Source: an uncultured Ruminococcus sp.
GTDB taxonomy: Bacteria; Bacillota; Clostridia; Oscillospirales; CAG-272
NCBI GenBank assembly: GCA_902782445.1
Contig: CACZNC010000016.1
Location: 13,295-77,294, forward strand
Length of the DNA stretch: 64,000 nt
Reading direction: 5' to 3'
The position numbers were made by a program, and so were the translations under genes. Shown piece by piece: positions 1 to 9,613 of this stretch. Within the stretch, counting starts at the first letter, position 1. Every line of letters begins with the position of its first letter. Under the pieces are notes generated by a model. The model ran no database searches and had not been told where the DNA came from. It saw nothing but the letters and a program-made list of their open reading frames with translations.

Positions 1-803
1 CAGTACATGCCGATGGCGGCGGCCATCTGGAATTCGATGTACACCGAGAACAGGGGCATGGTCCACTCCATGATCTTCATGGACATGCTGTTCTGCTGTT
101 CGGCGACGGTGGGATCCTGATAGGTGAATTTCTTCATGATCTTCTGGGTGACGATCATGACGACGAAGGTGAGCACCGGGATCAGCATGAGCCAGTTGAA
201 GGGCTTGAAGGAGATCTCGGGGATCTTCGAGAGGTCGAAGGGGCCCGCCTTGAAGTCCGGGAGCACGAGGCTTCCGTTGATGAAGTCGGCGAACTTGGCT
301 TCGAACTCGGAGAGGTTGTCCCTCAGCACCGAGACCATGCCGATCTGCTCGTTGCGGATATCGAGCTCGAGCCCCATCGGGCCGGTCATATACTCCTTGA
401 GCGAGGCGATCTGGGCGGTGGAGAGGTTGGAGATATAGCGCAGGGGCTTGGTGACGACGTTGTAGAGGCAGATGATGATGGGGAACTGGATGAGCAGGGT
501 GCCGCAGCCGGAGGCCGGGTTGAAGTGCTCCTCCTGGTACATGTCCATGATCTCGTTCTGCATCTTCTGCTTCGTCGCCTGATCCTCCCGTCCGGCGTAC
601 TTCTTGCGGATCGCGGCGGTGCGGGGGGCGAGGGATGCCTGCTTGATCTGGTTTTTCTGCTGTTTGATCGCCAGCGGGATGAGCAGGATCTCGAACACGA
701 ACGTGAAAAGGAAGATCGCGAGGAGATAGTTGTGGGTGACCGCGTAGGCGAATCGGAGCAGGTATCCCATGGGGATGTACAGGATATCGAAAATACTTTC
801 CAT
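1..803 (-). CDS. yidC: membrane protein insertase, YidC/Oxa1 family (N-terminal ~267 codons; ORF runs off the left edge)
   Basis: Own translation from ATG at 803: MESIFDILYIPMGYLLRFAYAVTHNYLLAIFLFTFVFEILLIPLAIKQQKNQIKQ... Multi-TM and YidC-like. It follows yidD and rnpA. Absent from the ORF track because it has no stop in the window. Confidence 0.85.
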   Translation of the reverse strand, partial: MESIFDILYIPMGYLLRFAYAVTHNYLLAIFLFTFVFEILLIPLAIKQQKNQIKQASLAPRTAAIRKKYAGREDQATKQKMQNEIMDMYQEEHFNPASGCGTLLIQFPIIICLYNVVTKPLRYISNLSTAQIASLKEYMTGPMGLELDIRNEQIGMVSVLRDNLSEFEAKFADFINGSLVLPDFKAGPFDLSKIPEISFKPFNWLMLIPVLTFVVMIVTQKIMKKFTYQDPTVAEQQNSMSMKIMEWTMPLFSVYIEFQMAAAIGMY

Positions 804-1172
804 TTAAGGCTCCGTGGGAGTTTGGGATTTCGTCCGGCGAAGTCTGGCCCGGATCTTTGAAAAGACCTCCTTCCGCTTCGGCACGGGATCATGCCCGCCC
901 TTCGAGAAGGGGTTGCAGCGGATCACGCGCCGGAGGGCGAGAAGCGTTCCGCAGAGGATCCCCCACTCCGTGACGGCTTCGACGGCGTAGGCGGAGCAGG
1001 TGGGGACGTAGCGGCAGCTTCCCTGTCCCTTGAGGGGGGAGAGGAATTTCCGGTAGAGCCGCACGGGGAGGAGCCAGAGGGAGCAGAGCCCGCGGTGGCA
1101 GAAGCCCGCAAAGCGGCGGATCGGGCGAAAGACTTTCCCGAGAACGGTTTTCACAGATGCGAAGGACGTCAT
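804..1172 (-). CDS. yidD: membrane protein insertion efficiency factor YidD
   Basis: 122-aa ORF with the YidD signature [15 protein letters not shown]...[17 protein letters not shown]. Its stop abuts the yidC ATG. Confidence 0.9.
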   Translation of the reverse strand: MTSFASVKTVLGKVFRPIRRFAGFCHRGLCSLWLLPVRLYRKFLSPLKGQGSCRYVPTCSAYAVEAVTEWGILCGTLLALRRVIRCNPFSKGGHDPVPKRKEVFSKIRARLRRTKSQTPTEP

Positions 1173-1660
1173 GCCGGTGCCTCTTCCCTCCGGGCGGGAT
1201 CGGTTTCCGCGCTCCGGCTCAGGGATGGGACGGCGTCAGGCTGCCCCTCCGGTGCGGGTTTTCCCTCCGGTTCGGGGGACTTCCGGGTCCCGGCCGTCAG
1301 GTTCACGGCTTCGAGACAGCGCAGAAGGTCGCTTTTGACGTCCTGCATTTTGCATACGGTGCATTCGGGTTTCGGAACGACGACGATCAGGTAGCCCTTT
1401 TTCAGTCCGGCGGAATGGTCTATCTGCCTGAGAGCTTCCCGGATCACCCGTTTTGCCCGGTTTCTCTGCACCGCGCCTCCGACTTTTTTCGAGGCTGAAA
1501 TGCCGACCCGATTGACGGTCAGCTTCATGGGGTGTTTTTTCCGCAGTTCTCCCGCCGCCCGGTCTTTGAGCGCGTAGACCGTGACGGTCCGGGAAGATTT
1601 CCGTGCCCCCCTGCGGTAAGCGAGCCGGAAAAGACGGTTGTCCTTGAGGGAAGAGTTCAT
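1169..1660 (-). CDS. rnpA: ribonuclease P protein component
   Basis: 163-aa ORF: ...[27 protein letters not shown]... RnpA-like and upstream of yidD. It has an extended C-terminal tail. Confidence 0.9.
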   Translation of the reverse strand: MNSSLKDNRLFRLAYRRGARKSSRTVTVYALKDRAAGELRKKHPMKLTVNRVGISASKKVGGAVQRNRAKRVIREALRQIDHSAGLKKGYLIVVVPKPECTVCKMQDVKSDLLRCLEAVNLTAGTRKSPEPEGKPAPEGQPDAVPSLSRSAETDPARREEAPA

Positions 1661-2476
1661 AAGGCTTCGCCTTTCGAAATCCTCATGACGGGCTCGCCCG
1701 TCGGCGGAGGAAGTTTATCCCTTCACGAAGGGAAAAAGGTATGAAAGGCTACGCCTTTCGGATTTAATGTCCCTACGCGGGACAGGCGGCAGGGGAACCA
1801 TCTCAGGCCGAAGGTTCCCCTGCGGGGTCCTTGGCCGTGTGGCATAACCTGACAGCTCGTCCCGGAATCCGAATCTGACTGTGCATCACACGGTCCTCGC
1901 GCGGTCTCTGCTCATGCAGTTGAAACATGGAGCGTTTCAATCGCGCATTGGGCACATAACGCGCCGGCGGGAAGCTGAAAAATAAACAGCATCCTCGCGC
2001 ACGGCCAGAGATTCAAACCCGCGTGCAGACCGAACGATACGATCGAAAATCTGCTCGGGCGGAACATGGAGCTGGGGTGCGCTTTGCGAATGTTTCACGT
2101 GAAACAATCGGCAGGAAAACCGCACTTTGTCCCCTTTCAATGCGCGACTGAATCACCGGCGGAGCCCGCAGGATTTATCCTGCGCATGTTTCGGCCGCAC
2201 GTTGGCGATCAAGCCGGGTTGGTTCCATGTTCAGGCTCTTTCACCCTGCAATCGGCAGAAGCGCGCGGGGATCGGTCCGCGGTCCGGCTTCACTTTGCGC
2301 GTCCGACGCCGACTCCTTTTCCAACCAAAACCCCGCATAAATCCAAGGCCAAACGAAATCCCGATCCGGACAATCCCGCGCTGCACGAAATTCTGCCCAA
2401 ATCCTCATCTTTTCCCTTTGAAAAGTATAACCTCCGGGATCTTTATCGAACGCGGAGGCTATTCATACTTCTCTCA
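1661..2476. repeat. R01 mosaic element: G(+) - parS - F(+)
   Basis: Fills the whole rnpA-rpmH spacer. Modules recognised by alignment to other copies in the window. Boundaries approximate. Confidence 0.8.
2091..2106. promoter_or_regulatory. parS: parS-type 16-mer, perfect TGTTTCACGTGAAACA
   Basis: Exact read; hub of R01. Confidence 0.65.
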
Positions 2477-2611
2477 TTAGTGGGTGAGTCTGGCACGACC
2501 CTTCGCGCGTCTTCTCTTCAGGACCTTTCTGCCGTCCGCGGTCGCCATTCTCTTTCTGAAGCCGTGCTCTTTGCTTCTCTGTCTTTTTTTAGGCTGGTAT
2601 GTTCTGAGCAT
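2477..2611 (-). CDS. rpmH: 50S ribosomal protein L34
   Basis: Own translation: [51 protein letters not shown] Shine-Dalgarno at 2618-2624. Too short for the ORF track. Confidence 0.95.
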   Translation of the reverse strand: MLRTYQPKKRQRSKEHGFRKRMATADGRKVLKRRRAKGRARLTH

Positions 2612-2690
2612 GATGGGCACCTCCTTATCTTGAAACAGTTTCTTTCACGCCGAAGCAACGCTTGTTTGCCCGCGCAGATAGACAATCATA

Positions 2691-2720
2691 ATTATATATC
2701 ACCGAACCCTCGCTTGTCAA
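2691..2720 (-). promoter_or_regulatory. sigma-A-type promoter of rpmH
   Basis: Minus strand TTGACA (2715-2720), 18 nt, TATAAT (2691-2696). Confidence 0.6.
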
Positions 2721-2728
2721 GGGTTTTT

Positions 2729-3874
2729 TCAAAAATCCTCGGGCTCGGGAGGCGTTTTTTTGCTTCTTTTTTCTCCGAAGACGATGAATTTGCCCACGAG
2801 GAAGTTCATCACGGCGATGGAAGCGGCCACGACGACCTTCACAGCCGCCGACGGGAACTTCAAAAGATCCACGCCGAGCCACATGAGCCCGGTCTCCACC
2901 CCCAGGGAGAACAGCCGTCCGGCCGCGAAGAGAAGCCCCTCCCGGACCAGCCGCAGGCCCCTTGATCCCGACCGGAAAACGAAGGCCCGGTTCGCGAGGA
3001 ACGCGAAGGTCACGGAAATCACCCAGGCCGCCGTATTCGCCGCGAGGTAGTGGATCCGCCCCTCGAGGGAGAAATAGACCAGCCAGTTCACGAGGGTGGT
3101 GGTCCCGCCCCAGAAGATGTAGCTGACCACGTGCCAGAGCCGGTTGAGCAGTTCCACGAATTTCCGGGGAATCTTCGCCTTCGGCCTCCGGGCGAGGATC
3201 CAGGCGATGAAGCCCGCCACGACCTCCGGCAGCGCGCCGAGCATGGCTCCGAAGGTGTTCGCGATGAGATCGTCGGTCTCGAAGGTCCCGAGGCGGCAGA
3301 GCAGCTGGACCGCTTCGATGAGAAGACTGGCGGCGAGCCCGGCCCCGGTGACGAGCAGAAGGGTCTTCGCGCTCCCCCCGAAGATCCGGCCGACCCTGCG
3401 GATGGCTCCCCGGTCGGGTTCCCCCGCGGCCTTTTCCGGGTCCCGGACCTCTTTCAGCCCTTCGATGCCCCCCACGTCCAGCGCGCGGTCGCGGAAGGCC
3501 ATGCCGGATCCCTCCTCGGAGCGCGGCGCGAGCATCCCCGAGAGGAACATCCCGCCGGGCAGAAAGAGGAGCACGTTCATCCAGGCCGCCCGGAGGGTCT
3601 CGAAGTCGTGCCGCTCGGCGAATTTCCGGAGGAACGCGAAGGCCTCGGCCTTGATCCGCACCGTATCGCTCTCCGTGCGGAACAGCGTCATGGACAGCGC
3701 GAAAAGGACCCAGACCCCGAAGAGGGCGGCGTAGAACTTCCGGGTCTTCGCCGTCCGGGGATGCAGAAAAGCCTCCGCCCCTCTCAGGAGCAGAGCGATC
3801 GCGGCCGACAGAAGCGTCACGAGCCACGGCATTCTATATAGGAAGTGAAATAGAAGTCGAATCGGATTGGACAT
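2729..3874 (-). CDS. membrane protein, VanZ-like N-terminal region fused to a GtrA-like C-terminal domain
   Basis: 381-aa multi-TM ORF. The C-terminal ~130 aa (NWLVYFSLEGRIHYLAANTAAWVISVTFAFLANRAFVFRS...NFLVGKFIVF) resemble the GtrA family. The N-terminal half (...NVLLFLPGGMF...ETDDLIANTFGAMLG) is VanZ-like. Confidence 0.6.
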   Translation of the reverse strand: MSNPIRLLFHFLYRMPWLVTLLSAAIALLLRGAEAFLHPRTAKTRKFYAALFGVWVLFALSMTLFRTESDTVRIKAEAFAFLRKFAERHDFETLRAAWMNVLLFLPGGMFLSGMLAPRSEEGSGMAFRDRALDVGGIEGLKEVRDPEKAAGEPDRGAIRRVGRIFGGSAKTLLLVTGAGLAASLLIEAVQLLCRLGTFETDDLIANTFGAMLGALPEVVAGFIAWILARRPKAKIPRKFVELLNRLWHVVSYIFWGGTTTLVNWLVYFSLEGRIHYLAANTAAWVISVTFAFLANRAFVFRSGSRGLRLVREGLLFAAGRLFSLGVETGLMWLGVDLLKFPSAAVKVVVAASIAVMNFLVGKFIVFGEKRSKKTPPEPEDF

Positions 3875-3969
3875 GTTTAGTCGTTAGTAGGTAGTGGGTA
3901 GTTGTCGGCGAGGAGCGAGGAGTTGCTAGCGGCTAGTGGTTAGTAGCTAGTAGAACGAGAATTAGGAAT

Positions 3970-3985
3970 TGTTTCACGTGAAACA
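3970..3985. promoter_or_regulatory. parS: parS-type 16-mer, perfect TGTTTCACGTGAAACA
   Basis: Exact read; R02. Confidence 0.65.
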
Positions 3986-4208
3986 GGCGGGCCTTTTCCG
4001 TCAAATCGGCCGCCGCACGTCCCATTCCGCCTCCAGCTTGTCTTTCTGAGCGTATGTGAAGAATCTCCCAACTTCAAGGCCAACCCATTCTCCACGTGCG
4101 GAGATTCTTCGTCGCAGGCTCCTCAGAATGACAAAGAGAAGCGAAACGACGGGGGTCAGCCGCCCTGCATGAAGAATCGTTTCAGGAAAAACAGAACGAA
4201 ATCCCGAT

Positions 4209-4224
4209 TGTTTCACGTGAAACA
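4209..4224. promoter_or_regulatory. parS: parS-type 16-mer, perfect TGTTTCACGTGAAACA
   Basis: Exact read; R02. Confidence 0.65.
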
Positions 4225-4399
4225 AGGAATCATTCCTCATTCCTAATTTCACGAAAGCGTTCTACCAGCCACTAACCACTCCTCACTCCTAACTCTAATT
4301 ATACACCATTTCCTCCGATCCGGCAATACGGCGTTTGGCTGAACTTTCGGGAGATATATGAACGAAATGTCAATTGTTCATGAATAGTTTGACATTCGC

Positions 4400-4429
4400 T
4401 TGCGGAATACGGTCGTATTGTGGTAGAAT
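4400..4429 (+). promoter_or_regulatory. candidate promoter of the wzz/BY-kinase/LCP genes
   Basis: TTGCGG, 18 nt, TGgTAGAAT (extended -10). Confidence 0.4.
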
Positions 4430-4495
4430 AGGAGTTGGGGTATGCCCTTGCGGGTAGATCCCCTTCATCACACCGTAAAGCGAGAATCTTGCACC

Positions 4496-5239
4496 ATGAA
4501 TCAAACCGGACATGACGGCGAGCTCGAAATCGATCTTCTGGCGTTGCTGCGGCTCTTCTGGCAGAAGATCTGGATCGTCCTGATCGCGGCCGCCGCCTGC
4601 GGACTGATCGCGTTTGCCGCCGCCCGCTTCTTCATCCCGCCGACCTACGTTTCCAGCGCGCAGATCTACGTCAACAACGCGAAGGAACGCACCAGCGACT
4701 CCGTCTCCACCGCCGAGATCAACGCCGCGAAGTATCTGCTCGAAGTCTATCTCGTCATCCTCCGCGCCCCCTCCACCCTCGACGAGGTGATCGAAAAGGC
4801 CGACCTGCCCTACACGACCCGGGAGCTTTCCTCCATGATCAAGGCGGAGGCGGTCTCGAACACGGAGGTCTTTCAGGTCTCCGTCACCTCCCGGGACCCG
4901 GAGGACGCCCGGGTGATCATCGAAACCATCCTCGAAGTCCTGCCGGACCGGATCGCCGAGATCGTCGAAGGGTCCTCCGCCCGGATCGTCAGCGGCGCGC
5001 GGCGTCCTGCCCGCTCGGGTCCGAACGTCAGCCGGTACACGATGATCGGCCTGCTCGTCGGCCTCGTCGGCAGCCTGGGCGTTCTGACCGTCCTCTTTCT
5101 GCTGGACACCACCGTCCACTCGAGCGAATACCTCTCCGAGACCTACGACATTCCGATCCTCGCCGTCGTCCCCGACATGCGCGCGAAGAGCCGGAAGGGG
5201 TACGATCGGAATTACTACTCCTATCAGAAGGCGGAATGA
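4496..5239 (+). CDS. Wzz/CpsC/YwqC-type polysaccharide chain-length determinant (BY-kinase transmembrane modulator)
   Basis: Two terminal TM segments flank a Wzz-like domain (IDLLALLRLFWQKIW...TYVSSAQIYVNN). I prefer the internal ATG at 4496 to the ORF-track start at 4442. Followed by the cognate kinase gene. Confidence 0.8.
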   Translation: MNQTGHDGELEIDLLALLRLFWQKIWIVLIAAAACGLIAFAAARFFIPPTYVSSAQIYVNNAKERTSDSVSTAEINAAKYLLEVYLVILRAPSTLDEVIEKADLPYTTRELSSMIKAEAVSNTEVFQVSVTSRDPEDARVIIETILEVLPDRIAEIVEGSSARIVSGARRPARSGPNVSRYTMIGLLVGLVGSLGVLTVLFLLDTTVHSSEYLSETYDIPILAVVPDMRAKSRKGYDRNYYSYQKAE

Positions 5240-5245
5240 TCCGGT

Positions 5246-5965
5246 ATGAAGCTGAATTTCAAGAAAAAACAGAACCTCCGCCTCGACCGGGCCGGCACCA
5301 TCGGCAAGGACATGAATTTCGCGGCGATGGAGGCCTACAAGCGCCTGCGCACCAACCTCATGTTCAGCTTTTCCGGCGACGAGGCCTGCCACGTGGTGGG
5401 CGTCACCAGTTCCCTCCGGGGCGAAGGCAAGTCCACGACGTCGATGAACCTCGCCTACACCATCGCGGAGACCGGAAAGCGGGTCCTCATCATCGACGCC
5501 GACATGCGCCTCCCCCAGGTCCACGAGATCCTCGGGATCAAGCAGTCCCCCGGCCTCTCCAACGTCCTCGTGGGCGAGAGCAACGGCGCGAACATCATTC
5601 AGGCCTCCGGCATCCATACCGGGCTCCACGTCATCACCGCGGGGGACATCTCCCCGAATCCGACGGAGCTTCTGGCCTCCCGCCGCCTCGCGAATATGAT
5701 CGAAGCCCTGAAACCCCGGTACGACTACATCGTCGTCGATCTGCCCCCGGTGGACGCCGTGGCAGACGCGCTGATCGTCTCGGCTCTTACCAGCGGCATG
5801 GTGATCGTCGTGCGGCAGAACTACGTGGAAAAGTCCGTCCTCGCCAACACCGTGCGCCAGCTCCGCTACCACAAGGCGAACATCCTCGGTTTCGTCGAAA
5901 ACTACGCGGACGAGGAAAAGACCTACTACAAGAAATACTACAAAAAAGACGGGTATTACCGCTGA
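5246..5965 (+). CDS. CpsD/CapB/YwqD-type bacterial tyrosine kinase
   Basis: Walker A GVTSSLRGEGKSTT, then VLIIDADMRLPQVH, and a C-terminal tyrosine cluster KTYYKKYYKKDGYYR. Confidence 0.85.
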   Translation: MKLNFKKKQNLRLDRAGTIGKDMNFAAMEAYKRLRTNLMFSFSGDEACHVVGVTSSLRGEGKSTTSMNLAYTIAETGKRVLIIDADMRLPQVHEILGIKQSPGLSNVLVGESNGANIIQASGIHTGLHVITAGDISPNPTELLASRRLANMIEALKPRYDYIVVDLPPVDAVADALIVSALTSGMVIVVRQNYVEKSVLANTVRQLRYHKANILGFVENYADEEKTYYKKYYKKDGYYR

Positions 5966-6149
5966 CCCGGAAGATCCCGAAAAGTCAAGCCTCCGGACAT
6001 CGCCCGAAGATCCCGCGGAAGACCGGGGGTTCAAGGGAAAACGGAGGCGTTCGTTTTTTGAGGAGCGGAGATTTGAAGGATCCGTTCCCGCGGAATGATA
6101 TGCTGTACGGGATTTGAGGCTGTATGAGACGGAAAAGGAGTCGGCGGCG

Positions 6150-6382
6150 GGACGCGCGTTCGGAAAGCCGAAACTGCTCTTTCACCCTCGCGCACATATT
6201 CAGGTTCAGACAGACATGCAGCCCGAATTGAGCGATCAAAAATCCATCCGGGCGAAACCTGAAATTTTGCGGGCGAATGTTCCACGTGAAACAATTCTTA
6301 ATTCATCATTCTGAATTCTGAATTTCATTCCTAATTCCTCATTCCTCATTCACTCCTCACTCCTAACTCCTAACTCATCACT
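6150..6382. repeat. R03 mosaic element: partial G(+) - parS - arm
   Basis: Only the parS-proximal half of G (…CCTCGCGCACAT..CAG.TTCAGACAGACATGCAGCCCGAA…) is present. Confidence 0.7.
6278..6293. promoter_or_regulatory. parS: parS-type 16-mer TGTTCCACGTGAAACA (canonical B. subtilis-type site)
   Basis: Exact read; R03. Confidence 0.65.
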
Positions 6383-6401
6383 CCCCAAAGGATTCCTTTT
6401 C

Positions 6402-7886
6402 ATGAAAAAGAAAAAATTCAAGCTCTGGAAGCTCATCCTCATCCTGATCCCGGTGCTGATTCTCGGGGGGGCGGCTGCTGTCCTGCTTCCGCTCCACATC
6501 AATTACACGAAGACCTCCTACGAGCGCGTCAAGCCGGTGGAAGCCCCGGAGGAATTCACCTCCTTCGAGATCCCGGAATACCCCGAACTGGAGTTCGAGC
6601 CGCCGGAGAATCCCGTCCCGGATCCCGGCGAATTCCTCCCACCCGACGAGGCCCAGGGCGTCCCCGGCTCCCCCGATCCGAATATGCCCGCGGCGGACGG
6701 CAAGGCGGAGACCTCCCCGGAGACGGAGCCCGAAACGGAGCCCGCCGCGGAGACTGCCCCCGGATCCGAAACCGAGGCGAAACCCGCCGAAACCGAAGCA
6801 GAAGCAAAGCCGGAGACCGAAGCCGCGCCGGAGACCGAGGCGAAATCCCCCGAGACCGAAGCGAAGGCCACGTCTCCCGCCCCGGATCCCGGGAACTCCG
6901 CCGATCCAGCGTCCGCCGGGACATCCGCCGGGACTGCGACCGGCAACACCACCGGAACGGACGGCGGAAGCAGCGCGGGGACCGCATCGAATCCCCCCGC
7001 CTCCTATCAGACGGGACAGGTCCTGCCGAAGGAGGAAAACACGGCTCCGGCGGTGGTCTACAACACGAACGCGTCCTTCTCCGATCCCGGGGCGGTCAGC
7101 GTCTACGGCTACACCCCGATCTATCAGGTCACCCAGAGGGACAAGAACGTCCGCAACATCCTGATCCTCGGCACGGACTCCCGGGACGTCACCATGTACC
7201 GGGGGAACTCCGACGTGATGATCCTTTTGTCCTACAACAAATCCGCCGGGACCATCAAGCTCGTGACCTTCATGCGGGACGCCCTCGTCCCCATCGCCGG
7301 GCACGACTGGAACCGCCTCAACTCGGCCTACGCCTACGACGGGATCGGCCTGACGGTGAACACCCTGAACCAGCTCTTCGGCCTCGACATTCAGGAATTC
7401 GTCTGCGTGGACTTCAACGGCACGAAGAATTTCATCGACTACATCGGCGGGGTGGACATCAGCCTGACGGCGGAGGAGGCAGAATACTATTCCTCCGCCT
7501 CGAAGACCTACGCGGCGGGCGTGAACCATCTGAACGGCGCGGAAGCCCTCCGCCACATGCGCAACCGCACCCTGGGCTACGACTTCGGCCGGACCTCCCG
7601 CCAGCGCGACACCCTCTCCGCGGTGATCCGCACGATCTTCCGGGAAAAATCCGTCGCCGAGATCTACGACATCCTCAACTACTCCTTCGGGATGGTGAAG
7701 ACGAACATCTCCTCGACCTCGATGGCCGCCCTCGCCCTGTCCGTCGCATCCTCGGGCCTGAACATTTCCGGACAGCAGATCCCGTACAGCGACGCCTACC
7801 AGAACGCCTGGTACAACGGCCTCGAGATCCTGTCCTTCGACATCGGCGCCGCGGCGTGGAGACTCGGACAGTTTTTGTATAACTGA
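6402..7886 (+). CDS. LytR-CpsA-Psr (LCP) family cell-envelope phosphotransferase with a long Pro/Glu/Thr/Ala-rich linker
   Basis: N-terminal TM, a PETEA-type low-complexity region (about 6560-7010), and an LCP core ILILGTDSRD...SDVMILLSYN...RDALVPI...NSAYAYDG. Confidence 0.85.
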   Translation: MKKKKFKLWKLILILIPVLILGGAAAVLLPLHINYTKTSYERVKPVEAPEEFTSFEIPEYPELEFEPPENPVPDPGEFLPPDEAQGVPGSPDPNMPAADGKAETSPETEPETEPAAETAPGSETEAKPAETEAEAKPETEAAPETEAKSPETEAKATSPAPDPGNSADPASAGTSAGTATGNTTGTDGGSSAGTASNPPASYQTGQVLPKEENTAPAVVYNTNASFSDPGAVSVYGYTPIYQVTQRDKNVRNILILGTDSRDVTMYRGNSDVMILLSYNKSAGTIKLVTFMRDALVPIAGHDWNRLNSAYAYDGIGLTVNTLNQLFGLDIQEFVCVDFNGTKNFIDYIGGVDISLTAEEAEYYSSASKTYAAGVNHLNGAEALRHMRNRTLGYDFGRTSRQRDTLSAVIRTIFREKSVAEIYDILNYSFGMVKTNISSTSMAALALSVASSGLNISGQQIPYSDAYQNAWYNGLEILSFDIGAAAWRLGQFLYN

Positions 7887-8072
7887 AGTCCGGAGCGAGG
7901 AAGGAGTTGCCAGCGGAAAGTGGCTGGTGGTCAGCAGGACAGTCAGCCGGGGATGATTGTGCGGCGAGAGGATTTTGTTTCACGTGAAACAATTCTTAAT
8001 TCATCATTCTGAATTCTGAATTTCATTCCTCATTCCTCATTTTGTCCACTCCTAACTCCTCACTCCTAACTC
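7887..8072. repeat. R04 minimal element: arm - parS - arm
   Basis: Between the LCP stop and the sigma-gene promoter. Confidence 0.75.
7976..7991. promoter_or_regulatory. parS: parS-type 16-mer, perfect TGTTTCACGTGAAACA
   Basis: Exact read; R04. Confidence 0.65.
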
Positions 8073-8152
8073 CCAATATTAAATTTTTCCCTCCCGCTTT
8101 TTCAAACGATTTATCTTCATAATCTTTTCATTTTCATCCTCTGCAAATCCCG

Positions 8153-8182
8153 TTGACATTCCCTCTCCGTCTGTGATATAAT
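8153..8182 (+). promoter_or_regulatory. sigma-A-type promoter of the ECF sigma gene
   Basis: TTGACA (8153-8158), 18 nt, TGaTATAAT (-10 at 8177-8182). Confidence 0.6.
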
Positions 8183-8261
8183 AGATCAAAGTCCGGCAGG
8201 GAGGAAAACGCTCTCTCCGCCGATCCGCTTCGCCGACATACGGTCTTTTCCGGGGGGTGCC

Positions 8262-8972
8262 ATGCTCTTTCTCTTTCTCTCATCGTTCGCGGGCCCGCCC
8301 GATCCGGGAGGCGAAGCCCGGGATTTCCGTCTTCCCGAGGACCTCGCGCCCTCCCCCGACGGCGGAAAGACCCTCGGCGAACCGGAGATCCTCGCCCTGG
8401 CCGAACAGGCCAAAAACGGGGACGAGGACGCCTTCGCCCAGATCGTGTCCCAGTTCGAGCGCTTCGTCTACAACGTCGCCTGCCGGATCCTCGTCTCCAG
8501 CGGGCAGACCCAGGATCTCGCGGAGGACGTGGCTCAGGAGACCTTCCTCAAGGCCTGGCGCAGCCTCCCGAAATTCCGCGGGGACTGCACCTTCTCCACG
8601 TGGCTGTTCCGCATCGCCGCCAACTGCGCGAAGGACGCCGTCCGATCCGCCGCCCGCCACCCGGTCTCGTCCCTCTCCTTCGCCGGGGAGGAAGAGGAGG
8701 ACGGACAGGCGGAATGGGACATCCCCGTCACCTCCGGCGATACCGTCCCCGAGGACGCCGCGGAGCGCAGGGAACTGATCCTCGCCGTGCGGAGGGCCGT
8801 CGAATCCCTCCCCGAGGACCAGCGGCAGGTCGTCGTCATGCGCGATCTCTACGGCCTGCCCTATCAGGAAATCAGCGATACCCTGGGGGTCGAACTGGGC
8901 ACCGTCAAGTCCCGCCTCAGCCGCGGCCGCAATAATTTGAAAACAATTCTTGAAAACGGGAACTTTTTCTGA
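8262..8972 (+). CDS. RNA polymerase sigma factor, sigma-70/ECF group
   Basis: Region 2 (FVYNVACRIL...AEDVAQETFLKAW) and region 4 (LPEDQRQVVVMRDLYGLPYQEISDTLGVELGTVKSRLSRGR). Preceded by a sigma-A-type promoter and followed by a hairpin terminator. The exact start is uncertain. Confidence 0.85.
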   Translation: MLFLFLSSFAGPPDPGGEARDFRLPEDLAPSPDGGKTLGEPEILALAEQAKNGDEDAFAQIVSQFERFVYNVACRILVSSGQTQDLAEDVAQETFLKAWRSLPKFRGDCTFSTWLFRIAANCAKDAVRSAARHPVSSLSFAGEEEEDGQAEWDIPVTSGDTVPEDAAERRELILAVRRAVESLPEDQRQVVVMRDLYGLPYQEISDTLGVELGTVKSRLSRGRNNLKTILENGNFF

Positions 8973-8973
8973 G

Positions 8974-9008
8974 TCTCCGGCGTCTAATATAAGGATGCCG
9001 GAGATTTT
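8974..9008 (+). terminator. intrinsic terminator after the ECF sigma gene
   Basis: TCTCCGGC, 15-nt loop, GCCGGAGA, then TTTT. Confidence 0.55.
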
Positions 9009-9015
9009 GCATTTT

Positions 9016-9572
9016 CATCCCTTCACGAAGGGAAATAAGGAATGAAACGCTCCGCGTTTCGGATTTAATGTCCCTACGCCGCGTCGACGCAGTCACGCAG
9101 ACGGGCAGCCGGGAGGGACCATCTCAGGCCGACGAGTGTTGCTTCGCAAACTCTGCCCCTCCCGAGGGTCCAATTTGCGGAGCAAATAGTTGGCCGTATG
9201 GCATAACCTTACCGCTCGTCCCGGAATCAAAATTCAATCTTGCATCCCACGTCCCCGCGCGGTCTCTGTTCGTGCAGCCGAAACATGCGCAGACAATGTC
9301 TGACGCACCGACGCAGTCGTGCTGGCCTCCGGCGGAGATTCAGGCGCGCATTGGGCACAGGACGCGCATCGCTGAATCGAAACCTGTTTCCGCATCCTCG
9401 CGCACATGCTCAGATTCAGACAGACATGCAGCCCGAACCGCGCGAACGAAAACCGTCCGGGCGAAACATGAAGTTTTGTCTGCGATTGTTCCACGTGAAA
9501 CAATTCTGAATTCATCATTCTGAATTCTGAATTTCATTCCTCATTCTACTAACCACTAGCCGCTAACTACTA
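9016..9572. repeat. R05 mosaic element: G(+) - parS - arm
   Basis: Separates the ECF sigma gene from the candidate anti-sigma ORF. Confidence 0.8.
9487..9502. promoter_or_regulatory. parS: parS-type 16-mer TGTTCCACGTGAAACA
   Basis: Exact read; R05. Confidence 0.65.
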
Positions 9573-9613
9573 TCTTCTTCCCTCGCAATCATCAACTCTC
9601 GAAAGGCTCTGCC

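Larger units (their letters stand above)
3875..4296. repeat. R02 mosaic element: arm - parS - E(-) - parS - arm
   Basis: Inverted low-complexity arms (CTAGTGG/TAGTAG, AGGAGT/GAGGAAT and GAATT motifs) flank two parS sites and the E hairpin module. Confidence 0.85.

Noticed and set aside
2066-2965. Dozens of small track ORFs beginning MFHVKQ/MFHVKH/LFHVKQ, or containing RMTKRSE, ARLNLRRKAAGFILRMF or MSLRRVDAVTQTG.
   Set aside because: They are translations of the repeats; ATGTTTCACGTGAAACA reads as MFHVK. They recur in both orientations and different frames, lack Shine-Dalgarno sequences, and have no coding-like conservation pattern.
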